Assembly: GCF_002113885.1 (NCBI RefSeq)
Contig: NW_018407459.1
Span: 344,227-408,226 of the forward strand
Length of the DNA: 64,000 nucleotides
Direction: 5' to 3'
Origin: Mizuhopecten yessoensis
Taxonomy: Eukaryota
The position numbers and the translations under genes are program-made. Shown piece after piece: positions 60,758 to 64,000 of the stretch (position 1 is its first letter; every line of letters begins with the position of its first letter). The notes below the pieces were generated by a model. It worked only from the letters and a program-made list of their open reading frames with translations, was not told the DNA's origin and made no database searches.

Positions 60758-62136
60758 ATGAGGTTCTCAGTCCTGCTGGTGTGTGCCTTTTTAGTGTATG
60801 TGGGTACGTATGACATGGTAAACAAATGTGTGTATGCTTTGTCCATATACCGTAATATGATATCGGAAACTTAAACTCAACGATTGGATAAAAATAGTTT
60901 CTTAAAAAGTGAATTTATTGATAAATTTTGCTTATTTTAATTGGAACAAATGAAGTAAATTAGACTTCACGACCAAATATCCAGAGCGAACTTAATTACT
61001 TGACGTACAATTTTGAAAAAACTGATAGCAAATTATGCGGTTGGTATATTGCCGAGGAAGAAATAATAAAATTCATTATTCAATATTGTATATCCAATCC
61101 ATCTGATATGTTACATTCTACACATCACAAAAGGTCTACCAAAGGCCAATGCTGAGTCATTGTACGTCACGTGCCTTTAGTCCGTCGTAAACGCTTTTAA
61201 TGGTTATAGCAGTTACTTTTGTTTTGTACGAAAATAATTTATTTAAATCTGATTGAAGTAAGTATTTTACGTCAATAACGACTGAAATGATGTCACAACC
61301 ATGCAATACGTACATTGACACTAGTGTTCCGATCTTTTTTTCTTTCTTTTTTCGTTCTGTTAACCGTAAACGCATTCGATTTGTCAAAAATTATAGTAAC
61401 CGATAGTCCACTTTAAAATTTTCTTTTTTTCTTTTAACCACAAAGATCTTTCCGATAATGCCGGAATGCTTTTTTTTATCTTGGGATTGGTGAATAATTG
61501 ATTATTTCCGATTTTCAGCTTAAAATTAAAAAATAAAATTAAAAAATACATTTCAAAAAACCTTCCTGTTTTCCGTTGCTCGTATGTCCTCCCGTAATAA
61601 TCGTTACAGTTCATGTCCTTATAAAATTCAGAGTATAGTTGCATGAGGCAAACTAGCACTTCCGTTATAAAATATCGTAAAACCACTGCTCTTCATACTG
61701 TAGTGGAAAGGGCTTTAATTGCCTAATTCAAGTTTAACATTTGGTAAAATAAAATTGATTTGAAATAAAAAAAAATATCGCCATGTCAACGGAACATTGT
61801 CTGCATTCCTCATATTTTCAATATTCATTACCTGTATGGATATTAATTATGACATGTAATTATCAGGTATTGCTTTTCAATGGCAGCCGTTGAACTAGAA
61901 AACAGTTACTGAGACCATCGATCTGCCTATAGTAAGATATTAACAGAGAAATCTATTGGGTTTTTTATTATTATTGTTGAATACTTGATTTGTCACGGCA
62001 TTATATATAAATGTGCCTGTGTGTTTTAGGTGCCGACTATTCGCAATACAGGGATTTTCTCCAGAAGCAGAGTAATAACCAAACCTTCCTCCGACAGTAT
62101 GATGCCCACTTGAGATCTTGGGCCAGCGGGCAGTCG
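60758..62136 (+). CDS. First two coding exons of a secreted protein, tentatively phospholipase B1-like; continues beyond the right edge
   Basis: Exon 1 60758-60803 (MRFSVLLVCAFLVYVG, signal peptide, G|gtacgt, phase 1); exon 2 62030-62136 (ttttag|..ADYSQYRDFLQKQSNNQTFLRQYDAHLRSWASGQS|gtaagg). The exon structure is from the sequence; the product guess rests on recollected similarity to molluscan PLB1-like N-termini, with no catalytic motif in the window. Confidence 0.6.
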
Positions 62137-62350
62137 GTAAGGATAGCTTAATGCTGTCTGTGTATAATTGATTCACATGCGCTGAAAAGGTTGAACTATG
62201 TTTAATGAGTAAAATCATATTCGAATTTCATATGTTCATATCCTATTAGATATTATGTAAGAATGAATTGCGAATCTTGCTCATTCTCTACACGTTTGCT
62301 ACTTTACTTACTGGTGGGTTGTACTGACTAAATTTTTGGCGATAAGTGCC

Positions 62351-64000
62351 GTGGTGATAAGAGGTATACGACGACATGCGTTACGTTAACACTGACATGC
62401 AGTAATAACACACTCATCGTGATGATCGTGGTGATTAGAGGTATACGACGACACGCGTAACGTTAACACTGACATGCATTAATAATACACACATCGTGAT
62501 GATCGTGGTGATTAGAGTTATACGACGACATGCGTTACGTTAACACTGACATGCAGTGATAACACACACATCGTGATGATCGTGGTGATTAGAGGTATAC
62601 GACGACATGTGTTACGTTAACACTGACATGCAGTAATAACACACTCATCGTGATGATCGTGGTGATTAGAGGTATACGACGACATGCGTTACGTTTATAC
62701 TGACATGCAGTAATAACACACACATCGTGATTATCGTGGTGATTAGAGGTATACGACGACATGCGTTACGTCCACACTGACATGCAGTAATAATACACAC
62801 ATCGTGATGATCGTGATTATCGTGGTGATTAGAGGTATACGACGACACGCGTTACGTTAACACTGACATGCAGTAATAATACACACATCGTGATGATCGT
62901 TGTGATTAGAGGTATACGACGACATGCGTTACGTTTATACTGACATGCAGTAATAACACACACATCGTGATGATCGTGGTGATTAGAGTTATACGACGAC
63001 ATGCGTTACGTTAACACTGACACGCAGTAATAACACACACATCGTGATGATCGTGGTGATTAGAGGTATACAACGACATGCGTTACGTCAACACTGACAT
63101 GCAGTAATAATACACACATCGTGATGATCGTGATTATCGTGGTGATTAGAGGTATACGACGACACGCGTAACCTTAACACTGACATGCATTAATAATACA
63201 CACATCGTGATGATCGTGGTGATTAGAGGTGTACGACGACATGCGTTACGTTAACACTGACATGCAGTAATAGTACAAACATCGTGATGATCGTGGTGAT
63301 TAGAGGTATACAACGACATGCGTTACGTCAACACTGACATGCAGTAATAATACACACATCGTGATGATCGTTGTGATTAGAGGTATACGACGACATGCGT
63401 TACGTTACCACTGACATGCAGTAATAACACACACATCGTGATGATCGTGGTGATTAGAGGTGTACGACGACATGCGTTACGTTAACACTGACACGCAGTA
63501 ATAACACACACATCGTGATGATCGTGGTGATTAGAGTTATACGACGACATGCGTTACGTTAACACTGACATGCAGTAATAATACACATATCGTGACGATC
63601 GTGGTGATTAGAGGTATACGACGACATGCGTTACGTTAATACTGACATGCAGTAATAGTACACACACCGTGACGATCGTGGTGATTAGAGGTACACGACG
63701 ACATGCGTTACGTTAACACTGACATGCAGTAATAATACACACATCGTGATGATCGGTGTGATTACAGGTATACGACGACATGCGTTACGTTAATACTGAC
63801 ATGCAGTAATAGTAAACACATCGTGACGATCGTGGTGATTAGAGGTATACGACGACATGCGTTACGTATACGTTACCACTGACATGCAGTAATAATACAC
63901 ATATCGTGACGATCTTTGTGATTAGAGGTATACGACGACATGTGTTACGTTAACACTGACATGCAGTAATAACACACACATCGTGATGATCGTGGTGATT
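62351..64000 (+). repeat. 77-bp tandem satellite (about 21 copies, runs off the window)
   Basis: Unit gtggtgattagaggtatacgacgacatgcgttacgttaacactgacatgcagtaataacacacacatcgtgatgatc; occasional 9-bp internal duplications. Confidence 0.97.

Noticed and set aside
62351-64000. CRISPR-like array
   Set aside because: Units are contiguous near-identical repeats with no unique spacers; eukaryotic context and no cas genes.

Overview
AT-rich, intron-rich animal genomic DNA, most likely a bivalve mollusc (inferred from the repeat families; scallop-like). Six genes were reconstructed by hand from splice sites and reading frame. (1) A secreted TPR + alpha/beta-hydrolase (GHSMG nucleophile motif) on the minus strand, running off the left edge. 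(2) GNPAT/DHAPAT, head-to-head with it (14 exons, about 693 aa, ending in the PTS1 signal AKL). (3) UBXN1/SAKS1-like (11 exons, about 332 aa, UBA - C2H2 finger - coiled coil - UBX). (4) A 2-exon DHHC palmitoyltransferase on the minus strand. (5) An intronless CREBZF/Zhangfei-like bZIP. (6) The first two exons of a secreted protein, tentatively phospholipase B1-like, running off the right edge. The rest is Helentron/HINE-like non-autonomous elements with internal satellites, MITEs, tRNA-SINEs, CR1/L2-type LINE fragments and minisatellites. The most unusual signals are tandem arrays built from exon-end/5' splice-donor sequence in two neighbouring genes (about 55 donor copies in GNPAT; 8 in UBXN1, the first extension being in frame), a set of 27-36 bp palindromic insertions with 5-bp target-site duplications, two CTG|GCAAGT GC-AG introns, and a possible uORF/3'-intron layer on CREBZF. 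No CRISPR, rRNA or bona fide tRNA gene was seen.
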